NCBI GenBank assembly: GCA_051294375.1
Contig: CM119263.1
Coordinates: 25,944,436 to 26,008,435 of the forward strand
Source: Paraspadella gotoi
Lineage: Eukaryota > Animalia > Chaetognatha
DNA: 64,000 nt
Direction: 5' to 3'
The position numbers and the translations under genes are program-made. Below are positions 26,588-38,378 of this stretch, in pieces (position 1 is the first letter of the stretch; the number at the start of each line of letters is the position of its first letter). Below the pieces are notes generated by a model, which saw nothing but the letters and a program-made list of their open reading frames with translations, had not been told where the DNA came from and searched no databases.

Positions 26588-26770
26588 TCGGAGCTGAGAG
26601 CCGGAGCGGAGCTGGAGCTGTCTCAAAATTTTTAGTGGAGCTGGAGCTGGAGTCGGAGCTGTAAAAAAATTTAGGATGGAGCCGGAGTTGGAGCTGGAGC
26701 TGAAAATTTTTTTGGCCGGAGCTGGAGTTGGAGCTGGAGCTGGAGAAAAATGGCCAGCTCCACAACCCTG
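26588..26770. mobile_element. End of a non-autonomous DNA transposon with GGAGCT/GGAGCC hexamer repeats
   Basis: Hexamer arrays ending in CTCCACAACCCTG (reverse complement CAGGGTTGTGGAG). It truncates the gag remnant. Confidence 0.55.
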
Positions 26771-27734
26771 GTAGGAGTGTTGGCGCGCCACGAGGTCGCG
26801 TCGGACAGCTCGTATTGCCGCAATGGCGACCCAATGAGTCGTGGGCATCATTGGCAACGATGGCGCTGATAGCCGCGTGGCATTGGGACCTCGATCGCCG
26901 CTGACCATGGCATCTGCCACATTTATTTTGCCCATGAATTGAGTCTGCGTGGAGACGTAGCCGCTTTTTGTCCAAAGTAGCAACTCCGCGTTGACCATGA
27001 TGATGGTGTCTGTCCCACGGCAGTGTCTCGTATTTAGGAGTGTTGGTGACAGTAGCGGCATTCGCGGTTAGGATTGACTTGGTGGCGGTAGAGGCATTTA
27101 CCGTTTTGACTTTTAAAAGTTTCAGTGGAGGCGTTGCTCATCCTTGATTCCCCCAGCCGGGAGGGGCTCTTTAACAAGGCAGCGATCGTGAAGCGTAGGT
27201 GATCCACCTTCCTTGTTGATGATCTGCGTTGCCGGGGATTGTCGTCGTATTCTTTTTGAAAAAATCCTTTTGTCACTGTTGGAATTTCAGGTCGGCCACA
27301 AACGATTGCACAAAATTTTTCTTTTTCGCTTTTGGTTTGGAAACGATGACGTAATAAAAAGTTTTTTCATCATCACACAATCTATATCGCTTTCCCATTT
27401 TTCATAAAGGTTAAGCTTGTTGAAAAGTTTTATTTCAAATTGTAAGCGCCATTGTCGAAAACCATGTGCTCTAGGCCGGCTCATCTTGATGATTTAAAAT
27501 TCCATCGTGAAGATTGTCTTCTTTGGTGACAAGCGACACCGAGGCCTTAAACAGTTCCATTTTGTATCAGATTCAGAAGGGATTTTAATCTTTGGCGTGT
27601 TCTCGTCGGGCTCACCAGTTATGTAGAGGCACATAATACACATTTATTGACAGTTAGATAATAGGAACAGAGAGACATTCAAGGTACATGATTTGAGCTG
27701 AGACTAAACAGAGAGAGCGAGGCACTGATCAAGT

Positions 27735-27770
<36 letters not shown>

Positions 27771-27848
27771 TAACCTGCTTCCCTCGCAATGGCTAAACAT
27801 AGTGGCCAACTCGGGTTGACCCCGTGGTGACGAACCTTCGTCGCCACA
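26771..27848 (-). mobile_element. Ty3/Gypsy LTR retrotransposon remnant: 5' LTR, PBS and degenerate gag
   Basis: 227-bp TGT...ACA LTR (27622-27848) with AATAAA. PBS TGGTGAGCCCGACGAG (27602-27617) resembles the tRNA-Trp PBS TGGTGACCCCGACGTG. Frameshifted gag-like peptides follow (STWF..LQFE; KCGRCHGQRRSRSQCHA Cys cluster). Confidence 0.75.
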
Positions 27849-28987
27849 ATATTTTGTTTTCTCTTTCTCTCTTTTGCTTTCTCTTTTTCTTTCTCTACTT
27901 CTTCTATTCCCCATTATTTTTGTAGTTTCTTAAACGCTTGTTTTCTGTTGTTAGTCTTTCATAAACTATGACCAATGCAATGGTCATTGACCATAAATAT
28001 AAATATGAATTTTAATTTATTGATAGACTGTTGATTTATCGATTGATCAAAATATTTATTGATTAATAAATATATTTTTCATTTTAATTAAAAAGTATAT
28101 CATCATTATTATTTTTTATATGTCTTTTTAAGATTCGTTCCTTCTATTATTAATTTTTAAATTTTTTAAAAGAATTTTTTATTTGGTTTTTTATTCATTT
28201 TTTTCATTCATTCGGTTTTATTTCATTTGCTTCTTTGTAATTTTAAAGAGGGAAAGAAAAGAGAGAAAAAGTAAAATAAGAGGGATTATTTATTTTTAGC
28301 TAAATTGAATATATATTACATAAGGGAAAAAGGGTAAAAGCAAAGGGCGAAAAAAGGAGAAAAAAGAAAGGGGGAAAGAAAAAGGGGAAAAGTGAGAAAG
28401 AAAAAAGAAAGGAACAGGAGGAGATAAATAAAGGGGAAGAACGAATAAGAGAGAGATGAGGATAGAAAAAAAAGGAGAAAATAACAAAGGAAAAAAGCCG
28501 GGAAAAATTGGAGAAGAGAGAGAGGGGTAAAAATATGGTGAGAATAAGAGAGAACAGAAAAAAAATAGTTTTTTTTTTTAAATTTAAAGATTTCATACCA
28601 AAAATATTAAAAATCACATTTGAAATTAACCGAATTTAATCGTTAAAATGAATATATTAACGGTTAAGTTAAAATTATTTTTAACCGTTAATAACCGTTA
28701 ACAGTTAACGGTTAACGGAACACTAATGATGAGCCGGGTTTTCCGTCTCTTGCTCAAAATTCTGAGAGTATCTATAACGCATGTAGGATCGAGTCTTTAA
28801 GGATCAAAATCTAGAGATAAGCAGAAACAAGCATCGGTGATGAATCAATAAATAAAGACCTCTCAGGTAAGCTCGGCTTTGCCACTATTCAAATAATATA
28901 AAAACTGTATAATAAACTTTTACAAAAGGTAAAAAAGATCGACGGATTACGACAAGAGTACTTTATAAAATCTGAGCGTCCCGCTCA
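27849..28987 (+). repeat. Tandem duplicate of 29325-30599 across a 25-N gap
   Basis: Near-identical collinear sequence. This copy lacks about 150 bp present at ~30385-30530. Confidence 0.9.
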
Positions 28988-29012
28988 NNNNNNNNNNNNN
29001 NNNNNNNNNNNN

Positions 29013-30196
29013 GTTCCGATAACCGTTAATTTTTTAGGAAATTCGCTTAAACCGTTAAAACTAACATTTTTAACGGTTAACCGTTAAGATCGGTTATTTT
29101 TATAATTCAACTTTAAATTTAAAATATTAAGATTTAAAACAAAAAAAAGTATTAATGGTATTTTCTCTTTAACTCTGGCTCTTGAATGCGCTGATAAAGA
29201 CTTGAAACAGAGCCGAAATATGTCTATTTTTTATGTCAAATAAAATTGTTGTTGTAACAAAACAAATATTTTTGCTAATCTCATAACACAACGAAACGAA
29301 AGGATACCATCAAATTCTAATTCTATATTTTGTTTTCTCTTTCTCTCTTTTGCTTTCTCTTTTTCTTTCTCTACTTCTTCTATTCCCCATTATTTTTGTA
29401 GTTTCTTAAACGCTTGTTTTCTGTTGTAGTCTTTCATAAACTATGACCAATGCAATGGTCATTTGACCATAAATATAAATATGAATTTTAATTTATTGAT
29501 AGACTGTTGATTTATCGATTGATCAAAATATTATTGATTAATAAATATATTTTTCATTTTAATTAAAAAGTATATCATCATTATTATTTTTTATATGTCT
29601 TTTTAAGATTCGTTCCTTCTATTATTAATTTTTAAATTTTTTAAAAGAATTTTTTATTTGGTTTTTTATTCATTTTTTTCATTCATTCGGTTTTATTTCA
29701 TTTGCTTCTTTGTTAATTTAAAGAGGGAAAGGGAAAAAGAGAGAAAAAGTAAAATAAGAGGGATTATTTATTTTTAGCTAAATTGAATAAAAGCATAAGG
29801 AAAAAGGTAAAAGCAAAGGGCGAAAAAAGAGAAAAAAGAAAGGGGGAAAGAAAAAGGGGAAAGTGAGAAAAGAAAAAGAAAGGAACAGGAGGAGATAAAT
29901 AAAGGGGAAGAACGAATAAGAGAGAGATGAGGATAGAAAAAAAAGGAGAAAATAACAAAGGAAAAAAGCCGGGAAAAATTGGAGAAGAGAGAGAGGGGTA
30001 AAAATATGGTGAGAATAAGAGAGAACAGAAAAAAAATAGTTTTTTTTTTTTAAATTTAAAGATTTCATACCAAAAATAAAAAAATCACATTTGAAATTAA
30101 CCGAATTTAATCGTTAAAATGAATATATTAACGGTTAAGTTAAAATTATTTTTAACCGTTAATAACCGTTAACAGTTAACGGTTAACGGAACACTA
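29013..30196. mobile_element. Non-autonomous TIR (hAT-like) transposon with AACCGTT sub-terminal repeats
   Basis: Left end GTTCCGATAACCGTTAA (first bases in the gap), right end TTAACGGTTAACGGAACACTA. The right end is repeated at 28725. Confidence 0.65.
29186..29320 (+). mobile_element. Degenerate hammerhead motif plus the 3' tail of the Penelope-like repeat, nested in the TIR element
   Basis: CTGATAA-agacttgaaacagagcc-GAAA-TATG-TC, then AAATAAAATTGTTG and the tail ACAACGAAACGAAAGG shared with other copies. Confidence 0.5.
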
Positions 30197-30985
30197 ATGA
30201 TGAGGCGGGTTTTCCGTCTCTTGCTCAAAATTCTGAGAGTATCTATAACGCATGTAGGATCGAGTCTTTAAGGATCAAATCTAGAGATAAGCAGAAACAA
30301 GCATCGGTGATGAATCAATAAATAAAGACCTCTCAGGTAAGCTCGGCTTTGCCACTATTCAAATAACATAAAACTGTAATAATAAATCTAAACCAAACCA
30401 TAAACCCCGACGATGGCTAATTAATATTAATGCGATCTGTAACGAATGGAATCATTATTTAACAAAGCATTGAAATAACAATGAACTTATTGTTTGTAAA
30501 CAAATATTAATTGTTTATATTTTTTAAAGACTTTTACAAAAGGTAAATAAGATCGACGGATTACGAAAGATACTTTATAAAATCTGAGCGTCCCGCTCAG
30601 TGTCGTTTTAGAATTGGGGCCTTTCAAGAGAGTCTTCGAGTCTTCTTTTTCTCTCTCAATAGCGTGAAACGAATCAAAAACACCGGTCGCAGAATTCCTG
30701 CACAAGCGATACGAATATCGCTCGATGACGAAGCCTGTTACCTTCAGCCTGTTTTCACCTCTGACCACTATCCTTTACTCAACTCTTTGTTTGAAAATAT
30801 TTTCTCTCTCTCTCTCTCTCTCTCTCTCCTCCTTTTTTTGTACTTAATTAAATCTGTCTTTCAAAACCTAAATAATGCTGATGAAAGCTTAAAATGCAAG
30901 CCAAAACATGTCCGTTTCCTTTGAAAAATAAAAATCGTTGTTGAAAGTCATTTAAACTTTTCACTAATATCTATACACAACGAAA
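30197..30985 (+). mobile_element. Penelope-like element 3' remnant: degenerate GIY-YIG-like coding sequence plus pseudo-LTR with hammerhead
   Basis: Frameshifted peptides THVGSS..NLEISRNKHR..INK..GFAT..TINPDD..YFIKSERP follow GIY-YIG motif order. They are followed by (CT)n and a hammerhead motif. Confidence 0.5.
30874..30916 (+). ncRNA. Hammerhead ribozyme motif with a core mutation (inverted twin of 24593-24635)
   Basis: AATG-CTGATGA-stem II-AAAA-CATG-TC-CGTT. Confidence 0.55.
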
Positions 30986-33929
30986 AGACAAAGTGCATTA
31001 TAGAGTCGGAATCTGCAAATAAGCCGACCCGACTAAAAACAACCACAACAACAACAGAACAACTATTATCAGTTGATGGTCCTTACCATGGTTTTAGTAA
31101 TTATATTTGTAAGAGAATATTTTTAAATATTTAAAAAGGAAAATCAATATAAAATTTAAAATAAAGTCTAAGAAGAAGATTATATGCAATAGTTGTAATG
31201 TTTATTGAGGAAAAGTCCCTGGCCGGAATAGTATTAGAAAAGAAGGAAGTTAGTAGAACTCGAGAAACGCGGAGAGTGGACTAAAAAGGGACGGATCCTC
31301 GGGAGAGGGAGGGAAGAGGAGGATGAGGATCGAGTGCCCTCCTCTTGGAAAAAGATGTCACACTGTGACCTCGAATGTCACTGAGTGGCATCGTGTGGAA
31401 CTAAGGCTGGGGAAGGAATAACAATCCTAACTGAGACTCTTGGGAAGGAGAGCTCTTTGACTGGACATTACAGAGGCACATTGACTGGGGGTGGTAATCT
31501 ATAGGTAAATCGTGATAATAAGGAATACGTAATGCTGATGACATTGAAAAAAGTTAAAAAAAATAAAAGAAATTCATATATCATCATCTGTAAAAAAAAA
31601 AAATCTCTAAATACTAAGTAAATGAAACTTGTGAATAAGCTGATGTGAAAAATATTTACAGATAATTTAAAGGAATTGTTTTTGAGTAATGGAATCAACA
31701 GTGAGGCGAAAAATATGATGGGAATATAAAAAAAAGTATAAAAATGAAATAACATCCATTATTCATCAGCTCTAGGAAATAAATGTAAATGTCAGTATAA
31801 CAAAAACTCAATAAAGGCTGATGTAAAAAAATTAACTAAATATTGAAAGAATCACTGTAGAAAAAATGGCATCATCAGTAGCCGCAAAATACATGATAAA
31901 AATTTTAAAATAATAATGTGGATGTTATGGAAAAAAAAAAATACAAGAACGTCCATTAATTATCAGCCAATTTAGAAAAAACAGTAATGATCATACTTAT
32001 AAAAGCTGTTGTGAATTCAAGCAAATATAATCATCAGCGGTAAAAAGCAAAACACGGAATGAATAATAAAAATTAAAAAAAATAAGCTACTATAATTTTT
32101 TTTATTCTTTTTCTTTTTTTTTTTGTCTAGGGTTGTAGGGCAGAGAGGTTTGAATAACTATAAGCTATTCCGGCGCACAAAAGCTAATGTGTAGCAAAGG
32201 CACTCCACCTTTATGCGGCAGTTTTTTGTTAGTGGAGGCAAAACATTATCAATACAGTGCAATGGGGACACAAAGTTTCAAACCAGAACTGATTTGGGGC
32301 ATTCAGAGGGGGATCTTTGTCTTGTGAAGCAGACTGGTGGCCTCGCGGATGATGGCAGATGGAAGGAGAAAGTCCAAGGCAAATTATTTCCATTAACAAC
32401 AAAAACAATTACAAAACAAAAAGCTATTGCTCGTCAAGAAAGCTAAAGGAAATAAGATAAGAATGAAACTTCATCTAAACCCAGAAAGGTGGTAGCAGCA
32501 TTGCCAAAACTTAGAGCAGACCGTAAAAGGCAAACTTGTCATCATCCTCAAGGATGAGAATTCCATCTCAATTTCATATTAAGTTACAGGCTTGAATTTC
32601 ACTTTTCAGGCAAAATGATGATTCTTAGAGAACTATTCATAGAGATTTAATGAAGAATGGGGCATTTTCTCCTCATAGGGTAAATGTTGAATCAAATTTC
32701 AAAAATAGAAATCTGAGTTCATGAGCTTAATGACTCATTCAATGTATCATGAAAAGGTGAGGGGCTTTTTGCTCCTCATGAATCAAATTTGAATGTAGCT
32801 TACCAAAATCTGTGTTTGGCGTGTCTTTAATGAACAGAAAAAGTGAATGTGTGCACTGTTGGAGAACGTCTCGCGGTCTCGTAATGTCACGAAGTGCAGA
32901 TTTCAGGGGCCCATCTGACCCTACATTTGTCTGGAAAAAACAATTGCTGAAGTGTGCCTTATGTTCTATTCTATTTTGATGAGGAGGAGCAATGAAACGG
33001 ACCATTTTCTTTCCAGGGGTTTGGTTTCCAGAGGCAATCACCTGGTCCTCTCCAGTGGTACCGATTGCAAAGGGCTTGCTCTGGCTCCTCTATTGTTGCC
33101 TGATTGTGAATGCCTGACAGACGATAATTCCCAAGTGAAACTAATTCTTGAGAGCCCTCCACATCTTCTCACTTTTACAATTGTTGCAAACTCCCGGTGG
33201 GCATAGATGTAGACTCATCAATTTCTTATCATTTTATTAACAACATAATTCATTGTTTTTGCTTTGATCATAAGCATCTCATCAATTTGCTTGTAGCTGT
33301 GATGCTAAGCCTGGGCTATCGTCCTGCACTGGCCAAGAATTTTGCTAAACAGTGCACTGCCTAACTTCTGTTGCAGGTTGGTCAAGATATTGCTTGGTTT
33401 CTTTGGCCCCATCAATAAGGCTAAGAGGAAAATGTTTAAGTTAGCATTGTTGAAAGGATGGGATTTTTGTGGTTTGAGATGTCCTGTCTATAAACCTTAT
33501 ATCCCTTTGTAGCACAAGGTTTTGCGTGGTGCTCTTGAAATTCTTTCAGTGGTTTGTCACACTTTGCTGAAGTGTTCAACCTTTTCTTTTCTTCTTTTAA
33601 GCTTAACCTGCTTTTCATATCATGTCTATGTAGGCTCATTTCTAGTAGTTTGGAATCCCTTGATCTTTTGTTTTTCTGGAAAGGCTTTATTAGGGGTTTA
33701 GTCTGCGTCTAAAAACCAAATTCTGTCTCCACATTTGCTATTTTGGGACTTTATCATATTTACATTTGGCTGTTGGTAGCCTGGGTTCGTTGTCATATTA
33801 TCAGCTTTAAATTCCTGGTTGCAGGCGATTTTACTATGGATTGATCATCATAAGGACAGATTGAGTGAGTTTTGAAAAGAAGTTGTTGAAACTCATTTAA
33901 AATTTAAACCCATAATGATAATTACTCGA

Positions 33930-34560
33930 ATAATCATAAATGGATGAATAAACTGAGAAAAAATTTTGTGGGTGGGTAGGAAAGTGTGTGATTGAGCCGG
34001 ACATTAAGTTTCGATGGAATCGATGAGTGAAAATGAGTTTACTTGGAAAAAAAACAAAGTAAAGTTGCCTTGAACTGCCTTGAACTTATTTATGCTTACT
34101 CTTAAATGCTTTAATTAAATAATTAATTAATAATTAATCAAAAAAGTGATGCAAGTTAAAAAAATGATGCAAGTTGAAAAATTGATGCAAATTGAAAAAA
34201 ATTATGCCAGTTGAAAAAATGATGCCAGTTGGAAAAATGATGTAAGTTTAGAAAATTATGTGAGTTAAAAAAAATTTGCGAGTTTAAAAAATGATGCGAG
34301 TTTAAAAAATTGTACAAAGTGAAAAAAAATGTCGCAAGTTGAAAAAAAAATAATAGTTAAAAAAATTATTTATACCAGATTTGTAATTATTTCTACCATA
34401 GTAACAGTTCAAAAGATTTACATGTAATGGCGCAGCCACGGGTTATGTATGGTACGATCTGTTATGAACTGTTAGGATCACAAATTGAAAGAATTATCGT
34501 GATTTATCATCTGATTAGCTGATTACCGCTTAATTATCTTAGGCAGATCCGACATTGTTT
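33930..34560 (-). mobile_element. Helentron-type family A element abutting the 7TM ORF
   Basis: Conserved blocks and a short 18-nt array (34140-34350), ending GGCAGATCCGACATTGTTT. Confidence 0.7.
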
Positions 34561-34601
34561 TTTACTTTATACTACTTTTTGGACCCATTCTATTAACTTA
34601 G

Positions 34602-35234
34602 GAGACAAATATTCTGCCGGACACTTTTAAATTTTATTTAAATTATGGGATATATTTCTACTTTGTCGATTTTCGACGAACCTTTCTTTTTTTGATACTA
34701 CGTGACATTAATCAAATGGTTTGTTTTCCATTTACTTACAAGGAATACAACAAGAAAAAGCGTATTATATTGCGATATCTTTTTTATTTTTCTTGTTTGA
34801 CCCTGTTTCACATTGCCCAGATCATTTCAATCGTATTTGCTTTGTTACAACAGTATGAATTGATTCTACATGAAAAGACTTTAGAAAAATCTCACTTTTA
34901 CTTGAGTGGATTTTATGAATTAGCCATTATAGCAATGGGAATTAGACATGCAGTTCGCATTCTCCATGAACTTAAAAACCGAAATTCACAGCTCAAAAAA
35001 CAGTCATCTCCTTTGATTAAATTGACAATCGGAGTGACAGCTGTTCTAACCTTTCACACGCTCTTTGGAATGTCACTCCGTATTTGTGAAATCAAAACTG
35101 ATGGTTGGATTCATTTTGTTTTCCCTATGATTAGATTTGTTATTGATACTCTCTTTGGGCTATCAACCATGATTATTTATATAATTTCATTTCCAAAATT
35201 ACAGAGATTTAAGAAAAAGCAGCATTTCGCTTGA
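34602..35234 (+). pseudogene. Divergent 7TM (chemoreceptor/GPCR-like) gene, TM3-TM7 portion, 5'-disrupted
   Basis: Five hydrophobic helices. RDINQMVCFPFTY sits at the DRYxAIxxPxxY position, there is a basic loop before TM6, and the C-terminus is IIYIISFPKL plus a basic tail. Paralogous 3' part at 43597-43838. Confidence 0.6.
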
Positions 35235-35535
35235 ATTGTCAATAAGAGAGAAAAAAAATGAAATAAATAAAATAGTGGAATAAATTATCTTATTAAAGTT
35301 TAATAATATTTAATATTCTCTTTTATATTTTAAATGTAACTTCCTTTTTTCACAAAAGTATTATTCGTTTTTAAATAGTTGACACAAATCACAAGCTTCA
35401 CACCAATTTCTTGAGAAAAAAAGATTGAAATTGAAGAGACCCACAAAATCATATAAACTTTGACTCAGATCACCCATATTATATTGTAATAACTTATTAT
35501 CACAATTTACAATTTATTTCTCACGGCAACCTTAC

Positions 35536-35598
35536 TTGTTTCTCCGGAGACTAAGCAATCTTAGCCGCCGAAATCCGCAGTATTCCTTGGGTAAGTCG
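35536..35598 (-). pseudogene. Truncated duplicate of LRR-gene exon 4
   Basis: DLPKEYCGFRRLRLLSLRRN|gtaag, paralogous to 44126-44188. The 5' half is missing. Confidence 0.8.
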
Positions 35599-35879
35599 GT
35601 ACGTATGTACTAAGTATATTAGGGTGAAGTGAAAGTTTGGAATCAAAATTTAGCAGTTATATCTTGAAAACTATCATATTAGTGAATACTAATCTATAAT
35701 TATTTTTCTTTTTTTTACAAACATAGTAGCCCAGTCAGCTTATTTTGTATATAGTACTACCCTTATATAATATCAAAATTTCAAAATATTTTTTTTTAAA
35801 TTCTGAGAACAGAGTCAGATTCCTCGTTAAAAGTTGATAAAAGAAAATATAAATCTTGTTCAAAATTTATGTCTTTTTA

Positions 35880-36225
35880 ACTCAAAATCTAACTCTTTTT
35901 CCCACGGACAATTCCATCGAAACTTCATGTCCAGCTCAATCACACACTTCCCTACCCACACACAAAATTTCATTCCAATCCATCCATCTAATCACGAGTA
36001 ATTGGTGTTTTTTGCTAAGGTGGGACGGATGAATGGACAGACAGACAGACAGACAAAAAGACAGACAGACGGACGGACGGATTGACGGACATCATTTTTT
36101 TGCATAATTTATCGTAATTCAATGTTCTGACTTATTGTGAATGCCCGACAAGAATGACAAGGCTGACCGACGGACCGACAAAGTGGATTATAGAGTTGGG
36201 ATCTGCTGATAAGCAGATCCGACTA
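35880..36225 (+). mobile_element. Helentron-type family A, 3' half
   Basis: (GACA/GACG)n microsatellite and terminal hairpin GGATCTGCTGATAAGCAGATCCGACTA. Confidence 0.7.
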
Positions 36226-36475
36226 ATAACTGATAAGAAATATTTATTGCTTTGAAGGTAACTGTTCAAGTACATGTTCAAATATTTAAGTATTCATTTT
36301 ATGTAATTGTATGTATTGAATCCGTATTTTGTGAATCCGTCATTCTTCTCTCACTAAATTTCTAAAATAAAACAACACGAACAATATAACATAGTATTTT
36401 TCTTAAAGCTTGTTTGATTTAAGCTTAGTAGCTACTATCCATTAGAATTCATAATTAAACATAAAAATCCCACAC

Positions 36476-36618
36476 CTAAGGCCGTCGAGCGCGGGGAGTT
36501 TAAAAAGCACATAGTTGGGAATAACCTCAAAGCAATTTTTGCTGAGGTCAAGTTGATTCAGACGCAGGGTGTTGATGCCATCGATGCCGACAAGACGATT
36601 GTCAGAAAGGTCGAGCTC
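36476..36618 (-). pseudogene. Open, phase-compatible duplicate of LRR-gene exon 3
   Basis: ctccag|ELDLSDNRLVGIDGINTLRLNQLDLSKNCFEVIPNYVLFKLPALDGL|gtgtgg; 143 nt, phase 0 to 2. Confidence 0.75.
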
Positions 36619-36949
36619 CTGGAGCGGGAGTGGGGGAGAGGGAGAAGAGACTTGGAAGAATTAAAAAATTATGATCATTGGAGATTCCCCAATTAACGCT
36701 TATCTCCTCTCCTGGTTTGTTTAGTATTTACATTTTACATTATTATTTATTACATATTACCATTGTGGCAAAAATCTTCCATCAAACTCAAAGGGGTGGA
36801 CTTTCCAAAGATTTTGGTTAATATTTCCAATATCCATGGTTGGATTGACTTAATATTAATAATATGGCCCTTATTCTACATTAGCCTGTATAAGAATATA
36901 TTAAAGAAACCTTTTTTCATCAGAGTTTAGTCCTATCCTTTCCAATTCA

Positions 36950-37192
36950 AATCATTTTTTATACTTGCATAATTTTTTTAACTCACATCATTTTTTCAAC
37001 TTACATTATTTTTTTAACTCGCATCATTTTTTCAACCCGCATAATTTTTTAAATTTGCATAATTTTTTCAACCTGCATCATTTTTTATTTCGCATCATTT
37101 TTTCAATTCACATCATTTTTTTAACTTGCATCATTTTTTGCACCGACAAAGTGGATTATAGAGTCGGAATCTGCGATAAGCAGATCCGACTA
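36950..37192 (+). mobile_element. Internally deleted Helentron-type family A copy
   Basis: 18-nt array joined directly to the 3' hairpin GTCGGAATCTGCGATAAGCAGATCCGACTA. Confidence 0.7.
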
Positions 37193-37533
37193 AAAACCCT
37201 TAGGTAAAAAAATAAATCAACATTCAACAATCCCTGACATGACTTAGACTAACTGAGTAATTTTTGTGTACAAACTTGTAAGTAAAAAAAAACAAAAAAA
37301 ACAGAAATTAATTCTAATTTTTATTTCATTTCAAGATGGATTATTCGTTAACATATGATAAAATTTATTCTCGAAATAAAACGTAAAAAAAACGGGAATA
37401 ATATTTGAAGTCAAAGCGAAAAACAGAGAGAAAAAAAGAAAGATGCGAAGAAAACGCGATCATCACGAATCGGAAAAAAAATGATTTCTTTGAAATAAAT
37501 ACTTTCCAAGGCGTAGAAAAGAGAGAAACGAGA

Positions 37534-37611
<78 letters not shown>

Positions 37612-38115
37612 AGAGAGATCGACAAATCGATTGAGCTACGGGTCGTTCGGGGGTGGTCGTGAGGTCATGGGGTCATTGGGTCAGGGAAAAGGGGATAGAT
37701 CGAATAACATTTGCTTCTTAATGCTGCTTTAATGTAGCACAAACTTCATACCTAACTATATTAAAAAAAGATGGCATTGGCGAAGCCAAAACAAAGAACA
37801 AAACGATATAAAACGGAGAATATATAAATACTCTCGTTAGTACTGTAAATGCCAGTAACGAAAAAATGATGTAAAATTGAACAAAAACAAATGAAGCATA
37901 AAACTGGATTAGCCGAAATTCGCCACGAGTTCGTTCTTTTGGAACGACTTTCGCCGCAAGTTTGTAGCGATTTCGCCCTATTCACACCGGCTTTACGGTG
38001 CGTTCGCCCTATTCAAATGAGTTTCGCCGCAAGTTCCTCGTAAGTTTTCCTATTTAGCCCAGCTCGACTCGAGTGCGCACTTTCAAAACGAAGTTTCCCC
38101 TCAAGTTTATCCTAT

Positions 38116-38378
38116 TCAAACGAGCTTCGCCGTTTCGCTGTCGTCGTAGCGATGATGACGAAGTTCTGAGTTTCTTGCCGAGGGAAGACAGGGTCGAACT
38201 TCCTCCTCTCTCCCTCCCTCCTCGCCCCCTTCCTCTTCCTCCAACTCCCCCCTCGCTTCTTCCCCCGCCTCCTCGTAATCGATGGAGATCGGCCCTCTCG
38301 TCGTCGTCGCTTTCGTCGTCGTCGTCGTCTCTCTCATTCTCTTCCAAGATGGCGACCAAAAAATGGAATTTAGATAAC
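38116..38378 (-). CDS. LRR gene exon 11 (cytoplasmic tail, stop)
   Basis: ctcag|GYLNSIFWSPSWKRMRE...IDYEEAGEE...RYDDSETAKLV*. Confidence 0.75.

Noticed and set aside
26565-27061. ORFs with PAPAP/SSSSS repeats as host genes
   Set aside because: Chimeric read-through of gag remnant into a hexamer-repeat transposon end.
30197-30320. C/D-box snoRNA (ATGATGA...CTGA...GTGATGA), also at 28726
   Set aside because: The first box sits exactly at a transposon junction, there is no terminal stem or final D box, and the region is better explained as decayed PLE coding sequence.
38116-38135. C-terminal PDZ-binding motif in the LRR protein (ETAKLV)
   Set aside because: It ends in Val, but position -2 is Lys, which does not fit class I or II consensus.
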